DNA from: an uncultured Phycisphaerales bacterium
GTDB lineage: Bacteria; Planctomycetota; Phycisphaerae; Sedimentisphaerales; Anaerobacaceae
NCBI GenBank assembly: GCA_963718665.1
Contig: OY970359.1
Location: 2,176,001 to 2,240,000 of the forward strand
Length of the DNA: 64,000 nucleotides
Direction of reading: 5' to 3'
The notes below the pieces were generated by a model. That model made no database searches. It worked only from the letters and a program-made list of their open reading frames with translations, and had not been told where the DNA came from. Positions 19,734 to 29,546 of this stretch are shown here, in pieces. Made by a program: the position numbers and the translations under genes. Positions within the stretch are counted from its first letter, which is position 1, and the number at the start of each line of letters is the position of its first letter.

Positions 19734-22390
19734 ACAATGAAATCATAAAACAACTTGCATATTCGAGAAAGCAATTAGCCAAAAAGCTTAACTACTCCTC
19801 GCAAATAAGGAAAGAAGCCGAAGAGGGCGGCTGTGGCGTCGTCGGTTTTTGCTGCAGTGAGCCGGTGCCGGGCAAGCATATTTATGAGCCATCCAGGCAG
19901 ATGCACAATCGCGGAAACGGCAAAGGCGGCGGCATTGCCGCGGTAGGATTTGTGCCGGAACAGCTTGGCGTCAGCCGGGAGGTTTTAGACAACCATTATA
20001 TGCTTCACGTCGCTTTCCTCGATGATAAGGCCCAGCCGGAAATAGAAAAACAGTTTATCATGCCTAATTTCGATATTGCAAAATCGACCCAGCTCGATAA
20101 GGTCGATGACTGGAAGACAGTGCCCGGGCTGGAAGTTAAGCCGCCTGATGTTTGCCGATATTTTGTTCGGGTAAAACCGAAGGTGCTTGATGCCTTCATC
20201 GCTAAAAATAACCTGCAAGCTCTTGACCGCAGCGAAGCGGAAGACGAATTTATCAATCAGAATAGCTTCAGCTTGAATCAGAAGTACTACGCGTCCTTAG
20301 GTGAGAAGAGGGCCTTTGTGCTCTCGCACGGCCACGATATTATGATTCTCAAGGTCGTGGGTTTCGCCGAAGCGATTGTAAAGTATTATAAAATCGAAGA
20401 CCTTTGTGCCCACGAGTGGATTGCCCATCAGCGTTTCCCCACCAAGGGCCGCGTCTGGCATCCGGGCGGGGCGCATCCTTTCGCCGCTATCGATATGGCG
20501 CTGGTGCACAACGGCGACTTTGCCAATTACCATTCCGTAACCGAATATCTCAAGCAGCGGAATATCTATCCGCAGTTCCTTACCGATACGGAGGTATCCG
20601 CGCTTTTATTCGATTTGCTCAGCAGGACGTATCACTATCCGCTCGAATATATTATTGAGGCGCTTGCCCCGACCACCGAGCTGGATTTTGACCGGCTTGA
20701 CGCAGAAAAACAAAAAATTTACCGCGACATTCAGGCGACCCATATTCACGGCTCACCTGACGGCCCGTGGTTTTTCATTATCGCACGCAACATCGCCCGC
20801 GAGAAAAAATTTCAGCTTATGGGCATAACCGATACCGCGATGCTTCGGCCTCAGGTGTTCGCGTTCTGCGACGGCGAGGTCCAGGTAGGTCTGATTTGCT
20901 CGGAAAAACAGGCCATCGACGCCACGCTGCATAGTTTGTCCAAAGACGACAAAAGGATATGCCCGGTGGCGGATAAATACTGGAATGCCCGCGGAGGCAG
21001 TTACACCGACGGCGGGTCGTTCATATTTAACCTGTCTAAAAACACCCAGGGCAAAATGCGGATAACCTGCCAGGACAAATTCGGCAGGACCGTGCCTATG
21101 CCCAAACAAACAGAAAGTTGCGATTTCTCACAGGAGCCGTCTCTTGTATCTGAGGATGAAGAAAAAATACAGACGCTCATCAGCGAGCGGTTCGTGTCCG
21201 GCAATAGTATGGCGATTTTCGAGACGATTCGAGACGTTGTGCATGAATGGACGTTCGATGAGTTTCGTTTTGCCTGCCGGCAGATTGTAAACCAGACCAA
21301 AGACCCTCATAAAGCAAATCTCGCGATTGAGGTCCTGACGCTGCTTAATGACCGCAGGTATTCAACCAGCTCGAAGAAGCGAAGCCATATCCTTCACATT
21401 GTCCGCAGCGAATTGAACGAGCTGTTCTGGAATATTCCCAATATAGGCGTGAAGGATTCTTATGATGGGAATCATCGCCTCATTGATTTTGGGACGCGAG
21501 GCAATCTCAGGGGACCACAGGCCAATGAAACAACCCTTGTAATCGATGCCGCTAATTTTGCTCCCGAAGGAGACGATTGTGACGCGGCGCTTTTAGTTGA
21601 CGCGTATATTAAGGGCTGGCGGCATTTCATCAGCTTCAATTGTATAGGTCAGCGATTCATTGGATGCGGCCTCGGCCCGGATACCGACGATGTTACGATA
21701 GATGTTTACGGAAGCAGCGGCGATTATCTTGCCTCAGGCATCGACGGGCTGACCATCAGCGTGCACGGCAATGCCCAAGACCAGGTGGGTCAAATCACAA
21801 AAAGAGGTAAACTTGTAATCCACGGCGACGTGGGCCAGACCTTTATGTATGGCGCAAAAGGCGCAAGCGTTTATGTGCTTGGTAACGCCGCTGGAAGACC
21901 ACTTATCAACTCCGTCGGCAGACCCAAGGTGGTAATAAACGGAACCTGCCTTGACTTTTTAGCCGAGTCGTTTATGGCGGGCGACCCGCATAACGGCGGC
22001 GGCTTTGTTATCTTAAACGGCGTCAAATTCGATGATGACGGCAAATTAGTAGCGCTCCAGCAGCCGTATCCAGGCAGCAACATATTCTCCCTTGCTTCGG
22101 GCGGGGCGATTTTTGTCCGCGACCCGAACAGGACACTGGTTGACCAGCAGTTAAACGGCGGCTTCTTCGCCAAAGTAACCGACGAGGACTGGGAGCTGAT
22201 ACTGCCTTACCTGAAAGAAAACGAACAGCTTTTCGGAATAACAATAGAGCAGCTTTTGACCGTGAACAACGAGCGGCGCGAGCCAACAGAGGTTTACCGC
22301 AAGGTTGTTCCCGCCAACGCCGCGAAAGTTGCCTCGGAAGATACGGATGACGTTGAAGAGGCCTCCGAAGAGGAATTAGCCGCTAAATAG
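19730..22390 (+). CDS. Glutamate synthase class-II glutamine amidotransferase plus GXGXG domain subunit (GltB1+GltB3-like)
   Basis: Propeptide followed by CGVVG (Ntn nucleophile), HNRG, AHQRFPT, AHPF, HNGD, TDTE; C-terminal GXGXG repeats. Confidence 0.88.
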   Translation: MNNEIIKQLAYSRKQLAKKLNYSSQIRKEAEEGGCGVVGFCCSEPVPGKHIYEPSRQMHNRGNGKGGGIAAVGFVPEQLGVSREVLDNHYMLHVAFLDDKAQPEIEKQFIMPNFDIAKSTQLDKVDDWKTVPGLEVKPPDVCRYFVRVKPKVLDAFIAKNNLQALDRSEAEDEFINQNSFSLNQKYYASLGEKRAFVLSHGHDIMILKVVGFAEAIVKYYKIEDLCAHEWIAHQRFPTKGRVWHPGGAHPFAAIDMALVHNGDFANYHSVTEYLKQRNIYPQFLTDTEVSALLFDLLSRTYHYPLEYIIEALAPTTELDFDRLDAEKQKIYRDIQATHIHGSPDGPWFFIIARNIAREKKFQLMGITDTAMLRPQVFAFCDGEVQVGLICSEKQAIDATLHSLSKDDKRICPVADKYWNARGGSYTDGGSFIFNLSKNTQGKMRITCQDKFGRTVPMPKQTESCDFSQEPSLVSEDEEKIQTLISERFVSGNSMAIFETIRDVVHEWTFDEFRFACRQIVNQTKDPHKANLAIEVLTLLNDRRYSTSSKKRSHILHIVRSELNELFWNIPNIGVKDSYDGNHRLIDFGTRGNLRGPQANETTLVIDAANFAPEGDDCDAALLVDAYIKGWRHFISFNCIGQRFIGCGLGPDTDDVTIDVYGSSGDYLASGIDGLTISVHGNAQDQVGQITKRGKLVIHGDVGQTFMYGAKGASVYVLGNAAGRPLINSVGRPKVVINGTCLDFLAESFMAGDPHNGGGFVILNGVKFDDDGKLVALQQPYPGSNIFSLASGGAIFVRDPNRTLVDQQLNGGFFAKVTDEDWELILPYLKENEQLFGITIEQLLTVNNERREPTEVYRKVVPANAAKVASEDTDDVEEASEEELAAK

Positions 22391-22405
22391 CGAAAGGTAA
22401 TTACG

Positions 22406-22972
22406 GTGATAACAATCAAAAAAACCAAAGCAGGCGAAGCATTGAAAGACGCCGTCGAGAAAATTTCCGGCGTTGACCTGAGCGTTTGTCTTCAATGCAG
22501 GAAATGCTCCAGCGGATGCCCCGTCGGCAAACTTACAAAGTCCCGGCCCTCGGAGATTATGCGCCGGCTGCATTTGAACGCGGGCAACGAGCTGCTGGAA
22601 AGCGACATTCTCTGGATGTGCGTTTCCTGCGAGACGTGTTCGACCCGATGCCCGATGGGTATTGATGTCGCCGGGGTGATGGACGCTTTGCGAAAGCTGG
22701 CATTATCGAGGGGAGCATCGAAACAGGAAGGTAACGTGCCTTTGTTTAACAAGGCATTTTTGAAAACGGTCGAGGTATTCGGCCGGACTTATGAAATGGC
22801 GATGATAGCCGCTTACAAGTTAGGCAGCGGCAAATTGATGAACGATACGGAAAAGTTCCCGACGATGCTCAAAAAAGGCAAAATCTCGCTGTTGCCTTCG
22901 TTTGGCGGGGACAGGAAAACGGTGAAACGCATATTCAAAAAAACAAAGCAAAATAAAGGGGCCGGAATATGA
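22406..22972 (+). CDS. hdrC: Heterodisulfide reductase subunit C-like
   Basis: CLQCRKCSSGCP and WMCVSCETCSTRCP. Confidence 0.9.
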   Translation: MITIKKTKAGEALKDAVEKISGVDLSVCLQCRKCSSGCPVGKLTKSRPSEIMRRLHLNAGNELLESDILWMCVSCETCSTRCPMGIDVAGVMDALRKLALSRGASKQEGNVPLFNKAFLKTVEVFGRTYEMAMIAAYKLGSGKLMNDTEKFPTMLKKGKISLLPSFGGDRKTVKRIFKKTKQNKGAGI

Positions 22973-23847
22973 GATACGCCTACTACCCCGGATGTTCCGC
23001 TGAATCAACGGCCCGCGATATGCACCAGTCAACTTTGGCAGTAGCTGCAGCACTGGGAATCGAAATGATTGAGCCGAAGGGCTGGACTTGCTGCGGCGCT
23101 ACCGCCGGCCACCAGACCGACCGCATGTTGGCAGCGGCATTACCTGCCGCCAATCTGGTCAAGATTAAGGATATGGGGCTTGACTGCGTCGTGAATTGCG
23201 CGGCCTGTTATAACAGGATGAAAGTAGCGAATCACGAAATCGTGACCGAATCTAAAATCCGAAGTGACGTCAGCGACGCGATTGGCCGGGATTACGACGG
23301 CTCAGTTAAAATCAGGCATTTTATTGAGGTCCTGCTCGAAGACGTCGGCTTGGAAAAAATCAGTAGCGCAATCAAACATCCGCTCAAAGGCCTGAAGGTC
23401 GCTTGTTATTATGGGTGTTTGCTTGTTCGTCCGCCTAAGGTCGTTAATTTTGACGACCCGGAGAATCCGAAGTCACTCGATAAGCTGGTTAAAGCAGCAG
23501 GCGGCGAAGCAATCGAGTGGCCATACAAGGTCGAATGCTGCGGCGGGGGATTGTCGCTTTCGAGGACAGACGTGGTGGTTAATCTGACGGATTCGATTCT
23601 TGGAATGGCCAAGAGTTCCGGCGCGGATTGTATTGCGGTAAGCTGCCCGATGTGCCAGGTGAATCTCGATTTGCGGCAGCAGGACATTAAAAAAGAAACC
23701 GGCAGGGACTATCAAATACCTGTCGTGTATATTACGCAGCTTCTGGGGCTTGGTCTTGGCATCAGCTCAAAGAAACTCGGATTCAATAAGCTAATGGTTC
23801 CTGCTTCAAATGTTCTGGAGAAGGTGGAAGTGAGCGGCAATGGGTAA
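22969..23847 (+). CDS. hdrB: Heterodisulfide reductase subunit B-like (two CCG domains)
   Basis: YYPGC, WTCCGA, CAAC, YYGC, ECCGG, CPMC. Confidence 0.92.
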   Translation: MRYAYYPGCSAESTARDMHQSTLAVAAALGIEMIEPKGWTCCGATAGHQTDRMLAAALPAANLVKIKDMGLDCVVNCAACYNRMKVANHEIVTESKIRSDVSDAIGRDYDGSVKIRHFIEVLLEDVGLEKISSAIKHPLKGLKVACYYGCLLVRPPKVVNFDDPENPKSLDKLVKAAGGEAIEWPYKVECCGGGLSLSRTDVVVNLTDSILGMAKSSGADCIAVSCPMCQVNLDLRQQDIKKETGRDYQIPVVYITQLLGLGLGISSKKLGFNKLMVPASNVLEKVEVSGNG

Positions 23848-26800
23848 ATACGACGATAAAAAAATTGGCGCGGTACTTGTGCAGGGCGGCGGTATTGCCG
23901 GCGTTCAGGCGTCGCTCGATTTGGCCAACAGCGGCTTTAAGGTTTACTTAGTCGAGCGCGACGCCGCGATAGGCGGTATGATGGCCCATCTGGACAAGAC
24001 ATTCCCGACGGGCGATTGCGCGACGTGCATTGTTTCGCCAAAGCTCGTTGAATGCGCACGAAATTTGAATATCAAGATAATGACGCTCTCGGAGCTGGTT
24101 GACCTTGAAGGCGAACCGGGTAATTTCAAGGCAACCGTCAAACGCCATCCGCGATACGTTGATGAAGACAAATGCACCGGCTGCAGCGAATGCACGCAGG
24201 TTTGCCCGGTGGATGTGCCGGACGAATTTAACAGGTGTCTGGGGACAAGAAAGGGCATCGCGAAACTTTACGCACAGGCGACCCCCAATATATTCGGCAT
24301 TTTGAAAAACGGCCACTCGCCCTGCAAGATGGCGTGCCCGGCGAAGGTAAACGTCCAGGGTTACGTCCAGCTCATAAAGAAGAAAGAATACGTCAAGGCG
24401 GTCAATCTTATCCGCCAGAGAAACCCGCTTTCAGCAATATGCGGAAGGGTTTGCACGCATCCCTGTGAAGCCGAATGTACGCGAGGTAAGGCCGATGACC
24501 CAATCGCCATACGGCTGCTGAAAAGGTTCGCGTCGGATAAAGAAATGGAAATGCTCGAAGCGGGCCAGATTGCCCTACCCGAAGAAAAGAAACCTTCTGC
24601 TGACGCGAAAAAAGTCGCCATAATCGGCGCAGGTCCTGCCGGACTTACCGCTGCAAGCGACCTTGCCGACGCGGGCTTCGCGGTTACGGTATATGAATCG
24701 CAAAGCAAGGCGGGCGGTATGCTTCGATGGGGCATCCCCGAATATCGGCTGCCCAAGAAGGTGCTCGACCACGAAATAGAAATTATTCGCCGAAAGGGCG
24801 TTACTTTTGTTTATAACTGTGTTGTCGGAAAAGACATTACTATCCAGAAACTGCGCAACGATAATGAGGCGGTTTTCATCGCCGCCGGTGCACATAAGAG
24901 CCGCAAGCTCGGTATTCCGGGCGAGCAAATCAACGGCGTTATCCACGGCGTCGAATTTCTCAGGGACGCCGGCTCGGTCAATAAGCCCAAGGTGAAAAAT
25001 AAAGTCATAGTCATCGGCGGCGGCAACGTCGCGGTTGACGTCGCGCGGACCGCGCTTCGCCTCGGCGCAAAACAGGTCGAAATGGTTTGCCTTGAAGGCG
25101 CAAATGAAATGCCCGCCTACAAGGAGGAAATCGAAGCGACTCTCGCCGAGGGTATCAGAATTCGCAATGGCTGGGGACCCAAACGCATCACGGGCAACGG
25201 TTCGATTACAGGAATAGAATTCAAGCGCTGCACAAGGGTCTTCGATGACCAGAAGCGTTTCAGACCCCAATTTAACGAAAACGAACTTATAACGGTTGAC
25301 GCGGACCAGATTATTATTGCCATAGGCCAGATGACCGATGAGCAGTTTGTCGGTCACATTGGAGTGGCAAGTGAACGAGGACTTTTCAAGGTTGACCCGA
25401 TAACCGGTCAAACTTCAGTAGAAGGCGTTTTTGCCGGCGGCGATAATGCCTCAGGCCCAGCGGCTGTTATCGATGCTGTCGCGGCGGGCAAACGGGTCGC
25501 CGAATCCATCGAGCGATTCCTGACCGGCAAGGAAATGCTTGTTAATCGTTTCGAGGAAAATCTCAAACCCCTTTCCGAAGATTTGCTTCCCGACACGGAG
25601 GACGTGGAGAAAAAAGCCCGCGTTCATCCCAAAGAATTAGCGCCGGCGAAACGGCTGCTGAACTTCGAAGAGGTCGAAAAAGGTCTCACCGAGGCCCAGG
25701 CCATCGCGGAAGCCGAAAGATGCCTGAATTGCGCCCTGTGTTCCGAATGCAATCAGTGCGTCGAGGTCTGTGAGCAGCACGCTATCGACCACGCTATGAA
25801 AGAGCAGATAGTCAAACTGGAAGTCGGCTCGGTCCTGCTTACCCCCGGCTTTGAGGAGTTCGACGCGACCCGAAAAGGCGAATATGGCTACGGGCGATAT
25901 TCAAACGTCGTTACAAGCGTTCAATTCGAGCGAATGCTTTCAGCGGCAGGCCCGTTCGAGGGACATCTGATTCGTCTTTCGGACGGCAAGCCCGCCAGAC
26001 GTATCGCGTGGATTCAATGCGTCGGCTCACGCGATTCAGAATGCGGCAACGATTACTGCTCCTCAATTTGCTGTATGATGGCAACCAAACAGGCACTTGT
26101 TTCGGGTGACCACGTCGATGGTTTAGACGCGACCATCTTTTATATGGATATCCGCGCGTTCGGCAAGGATTTCGACCAGTATTACGAGCGTGCCAAAGCG
26201 CAGAAAAACATACACTACATCAAGAGCATTCCGTCGCGTGTAATTCAATTACCCGGCAGCAACGACCTTCGCTTGAATTACTACGACCAGAGCAATGATA
26301 TTCAGCACAAGGACTTTGACTTGGTTGTGCTTTCTGTGGGAATGGAGCCGCCCGCTTCTATGGCGGAATTTGCTTCCCGTCTTGATATAAAGCTCAATGA
26401 TTTTGGCTTCTGCAAGACCGACCGATTGTCCCCGTTGTCAACCTCCATACCGGGCGTCTTCGTCGGCGGGGCGTTCCAGGAACCCAAAGACATCCCGGAA
26501 ACCGTTACGCAGGCCAGTGCCGCCGCCTCTATGGCAATGGAATTGCTTGCGCCGGTGCGCAATACCCTTATTACCAAAAAGAGCTATCCCAGTGAGCACG
26601 ATGTTACCGACGAAGACCCGCGTATAGGTGTGTTTGTATGTCACTGCGGTATGAATATCGCTTCGGTGGTGGACGTAGAACAGGTTGTTAAGAATATCGA
26701 GAATATGCCCGACGTGATTTACGCTTCTCATACGATGTTTACCTGCTCCGATACGAGCTTGTCGAACATCAAGGATATGATACGCGAGCATCGGCTCAAT

Positions 26801-28336
26801 CGAATAGTGGTTGCCTCCTGCACGCCGCGAACGCACGAGCCGTTGTTCCGCGAGACGCTGCGTGAAGCGGGCCTCAATCCGTATTTGTTCGAGATGGCCA
26901 ACATTCGTGACCAGTGTTCCTGGGTACATTCGGCTGTACCTCAATCGGCTACCGAAAAAGCCACCGACCTGGTGAAAATGGCAATCAGCAGGTCGCGTTT
27001 TCTTTCGCCTCTCGAAGGCGGCACGCTGGCCGTTGACCAGACGGGCCTTGTCATTGGCGGCGGACTCAGCGGTATGACTGCCGCACTGTCGCTGGCTAAC
27101 CAGGGATTCAAGGTGCACCTGATAGAAAAGGCCGAGCGTCTTGGCGGAACACTTCAGGATATTTATCACACATTCGAGCACGATGATATCGCGGGCTTTA
27201 CCAGCGCCCTAATAAAGCAGGTTGAAAAGCATCCTAACATAAAACTTTACCTGGGCACAGAAATCACAAGTATTGCGGGTCATATTGGCAAATTCAAAAT
27301 CACTCTTGCCAAAAACGGTTCGGAATCCGAAGTCACGGGCGGCACGATAATCGTCGCCACCGGCGCACGAAAGGCCCAGACAACCGAATATATGTATGGG
27401 ACAAAAGGCGTCCTGACGCAGGTCGAATTGGAAAAACAACTGCACGATAAGGCGTATCCTGCAAAGGGCCAGAACGTCGTGATGATTCAGTGTGTCGGCT
27501 CACGCAACGAAACGCGTCCCTATTGTAGCCGAATCTGCTGCTCGATGGCAATCAAAAACGCGATTGAAATCAAAAAGCGAGACCCGAACGCGAATGTCTA
27601 TGTCCTTTACAGGGACGTCAGGACTTATGGCTTCAGGGAAACGTATTTCAAGCAGGCACGCGAAGCAGGCGTCGTATTTATCCGCTATACGCCTGAAGCG
27701 GCGCCGGTAGTAAGTCAGAACAATGGTCTTGTAGTAACTGTTAACAGTCCCGACCTGCCTGAGCCAATCAGTATCGAGGCGGATAATGTTGTGCTCAGCA
27801 CTGGTGTTGAGACCGACAGGGAAAACAACAAGCGTATCTCGGATATGCTCAAGGTGCCGCTTAACGCCGACGGGTTCTATGTCGAGGCACATATGAAACT
27901 GCGCCCCGTGGATTTCACCACCGAAGGCATCTTCCTCTGCGGGCTTGCGCATTCGCCGAAATTTATCGATGAGAATATCTCACAGGCCCGTGCTGCTGCG
28001 GCAAGGGCTGCAACGGTTCTTTCCAAAACTCTGCTCGACGTCAGCGCTCAGGTTTCGTATGTTGACCAGCAGAAGTGTATATCCTGTATGACTTGTGTTA
28101 CCGTCTGCCCGTATTCAGCTCCTTTCTGCAACAAGGACGGCAAAGGGCAAATCGAGGCCGCGAAATGTATGGGCTGCGGAATATGCGTTTCGGAATGTCC
28201 CGCCAGAGCCATACAACTGCACCATTTCGAGACAGACCAGTTCAACGTAATGATTAAGCAGTTGTTCGCCGGCGGCAACGGTGAAATATTCGCGGGAACA
28301 TCATCAAAGGCAAAAGAGTTAACGGAAAAAGTGTAA
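23840..28336 (+). CDS. hdrA: Large HdrA-like (HdrL-type) flavoprotein with an inserted GltD-like NAD(P)H oxidoreductase module
   Basis: GGGIAG...LDKTFPTGDCATC; inserted CKMACP, CGRVCTHPCE, GAGPAG and GGGNVA motifs; two QCVGSR...YCSxICC HdrA cores; C-terminal ferredoxin. Confidence 0.9.
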   Translation: MGKYDDKKIGAVLVQGGGIAGVQASLDLANSGFKVYLVERDAAIGGMMAHLDKTFPTGDCATCIVSPKLVECARNLNIKIMTLSELVDLEGEPGNFKATVKRHPRYVDEDKCTGCSECTQVCPVDVPDEFNRCLGTRKGIAKLYAQATPNIFGILKNGHSPCKMACPAKVNVQGYVQLIKKKEYVKAVNLIRQRNPLSAICGRVCTHPCEAECTRGKADDPIAIRLLKRFASDKEMEMLEAGQIALPEEKKPSADAKKVAIIGAGPAGLTAASDLADAGFAVTVYESQSKAGGMLRWGIPEYRLPKKVLDHEIEIIRRKGVTFVYNCVVGKDITIQKLRNDNEAVFIAAGAHKSRKLGIPGEQINGVIHGVEFLRDAGSVNKPKVKNKVIVIGGGNVAVDVARTALRLGAKQVEMVCLEGANEMPAYKEEIEATLAEGIRIRNGWGPKRITGNGSITGIEFKRCTRVFDDQKRFRPQFNENELITVDADQIIIAIGQMTDEQFVGHIGVASERGLFKVDPITGQTSVEGVFAGGDNASGPAAVIDAVAAGKRVAESIERFLTGKEMLVNRFEENLKPLSEDLLPDTEDVEKKARVHPKELAPAKRLLNFEEVEKGLTEAQAIAEAERCLNCALCSECNQCVEVCEQHAIDHAMKEQIVKLEVGSVLLTPGFEEFDATRKGEYGYGRYSNVVTSVQFERMLSAAGPFEGHLIRLSDGKPARRIAWIQCVGSRDSECGNDYCSSICCMMATKQALVSGDHVDGLDATIFYMDIRAFGKDFDQYYERAKAQKNIHYIKSIPSRVIQLPGSNDLRLNYYDQSNDIQHKDFDLVVLSVGMEPPASMAEFASRLDIKLNDFGFCKTDRLSPLSTSIPGVFVGGAFQEPKDIPETVTQASAAASMAMELLAPVRNTLITKKSYPSEHDVTDEDPRIGVFVCHCGMNIASVVDVEQVVKNIENMPDVIYASHTMFTCSDTSLSNIKDMIREHRLNRIVVASCTPRTHEPLFRETLREAGLNPYLFEMANIRDQCSWVHSAVPQSATEKATDLVKMAISRSRFLSPLEGGTLAVDQTGLVIGGGLSGMTAALSLANQGFKVHLIEKAERLGGTLQDIYHTFEHDDIAGFTSALIKQVEKHPNIKLYLGTEITSIAGHIGKFKITLAKNGSESEVTGGTIIVATGARKAQTTEYMYGTKGVLTQVELEKQLHDKAYPAKGQNVVMIQCVGSRNETRPYCSRICCSMAIKNAIEIKKRDPNANVYVLYRDVRTYGFRETYFKQAREAGVVFIRYTPEAAPVVSQNNGLVVTVNSPDLPEPISIEADNVVLSTGVETDRENNKRISDMLKVPLNADGFYVEAHMKLRPVDFTTEGIFLCGLAHSPKFIDENISQARAAAARAATVLSKTLLDVSAQVSYVDQQKCISCMTCVTVCPYSAPFCNKDGKGQIEAAKCMGCGICVSECPARAIQLHHFETDQFNVMIKQLFAGGNGEIFAGTSSKAKELTEKV

Positions 28337-28339
28337 CCT

Positions 28340-28801
28340 ATGAAACAGGAAAATTTTGAACCTAAAATACTCGCCTTCTGCTGCCACTATTGTGCGTATT
28401 CGTCGGCGGATTTGGCGGGGTCTATGCGTATCCAGTATCCGCCCAACGTGCGAATAATCCGCACGCCCTGCACGGGCCGGCTCGAAACCGAATACTTTAT
28501 GAAAGCCCTCGAAAACGGCGCCGACGGCGTGCTTATCGCCGGTTGTCTCGAAGGCGGCTGCCATTTCGTCGAGGGAAACCTCTACGCGAAACGCCGGGTA
28601 AATTACATAAGAGAAATGCTGGAAGAAATAGGCATCGAAAAAGAACGTCTTTGTATGGTAAACGTGTCCGCCGCGATGGGAAGACCTTTGGCGGAAAATA
28701 TTACGGATATGGTTGAAACCGTTCGCAAACTGGGTCCAAGCCCTATAAAACAATCTTCCTTCGCTAAAGCTACGGAGGATAAAATTGGTTCATCTAAATA
28801 G
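28340..28801 (+). CDS. mvhD: MvhD [2Fe-2S] subunit
   Basis: FCCHYCAYSSAD, PCTGR, GCLEGGCHF. Confidence 0.93.
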   Translation: MKQENFEPKILAFCCHYCAYSSADLAGSMRIQYPPNVRIIRTPCTGRLETEYFMKALENGADGVLIAGCLEGGCHFVEGNLYAKRRVNYIREMLEEIGIEKERLCMVNVSAAMGRPLAENITDMVETVRKLGPSPIKQSSFAKATEDKIGSSK

Positions 28802-28813
28802 GAGTGTCGCTTA

Positions 28814-29482
28814 ATGATAGTTGCTCAAAGAAAAAATATACCTGACCTGCTGGCAATCGTAAAAAGCCATAAAAAGCTCCTCGTGCTGGGCTGTGGCACC
28901 TGTGTTACCGTGTGCCTTGCCGGCGGACAGCGTGAGGTAAGCATCATCGCCTCTGCGTTACGAATGTCGGCGAAATTAAAAGGGCTTCCACTTGAAGTCG
29001 AGGAATTGACCATAGAGCGTCAGTGCGACAACGTCTTCCTCGAACAGGCGGCCGACGCCATAAAACGAAATGACGCTGTTCTTTCGCTCGGATGCGGTGC
29101 CGGCGTTCAGGCCCTCGCCGAACGTTATACCGATAAGCCCGTTTACGCGGGGCTCGATACGGCGTTCATCGGCATACTTGAGGAAAGAGGCGTCTGGACG
29201 GAAAAATGCGCTGCCTGCGGCGCATGCGTCCTTCACGAATACGGCGGCATCTGCCCCGTTACCCGCTGTGCCAAACACATGCTCAACGGCCCGTGCAGCG
29301 GCTCACGCGAAGACCGCTGTGAAGTCAATCCCGAACGCCAATGTGCCTGGCAGCTTATATACAAGCGTCTAAAGGACATCGGCCAGCTCGACCGGCTCAA
29401 AAAAATCAAGCCGCCCAAAAACTGGAACACAAGTCAATCCGGCGGTTACCGTACCATAATTCGTGAAGACCACAGAGTTTGA
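28814..29482 (+). CDS. metV: MetV (MTHFR C-terminal-domain Fe-S/Zn subunit)
   Basis: GCGTCVTVC, ERQCD, CAACGAC, CPVTRCAKHMLNGPC, CAW. Confidence 0.9.
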   Translation: MIVAQRKNIPDLLAIVKSHKKLLVLGCGTCVTVCLAGGQREVSIIASALRMSAKLKGLPLEVEELTIERQCDNVFLEQAADAIKRNDAVLSLGCGAGVQALAERYTDKPVYAGLDTAFIGILEERGVWTEKCAACGACVLHEYGGICPVTRCAKHMLNGPCSGSREDRCEVNPERQCAWQLIYKRLKDIGQLDRLKKIKPPKNWNTSQSGGYRTIIREDHRV

Positions 29483-29546
29483 TAATGTATGCTGCTTTCC
29501 GTAGCTGTTAGAGTCCCAGGTTGGTCCCTCGAAGTTGTAACTCGAA

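Noticed and set aside
23840..28801. Selenocysteine recoding in HdrA or MvhD
   Set aside because: The ORFs are uninterrupted, and the relevant positions are Cys codons with no in-frame TGA.
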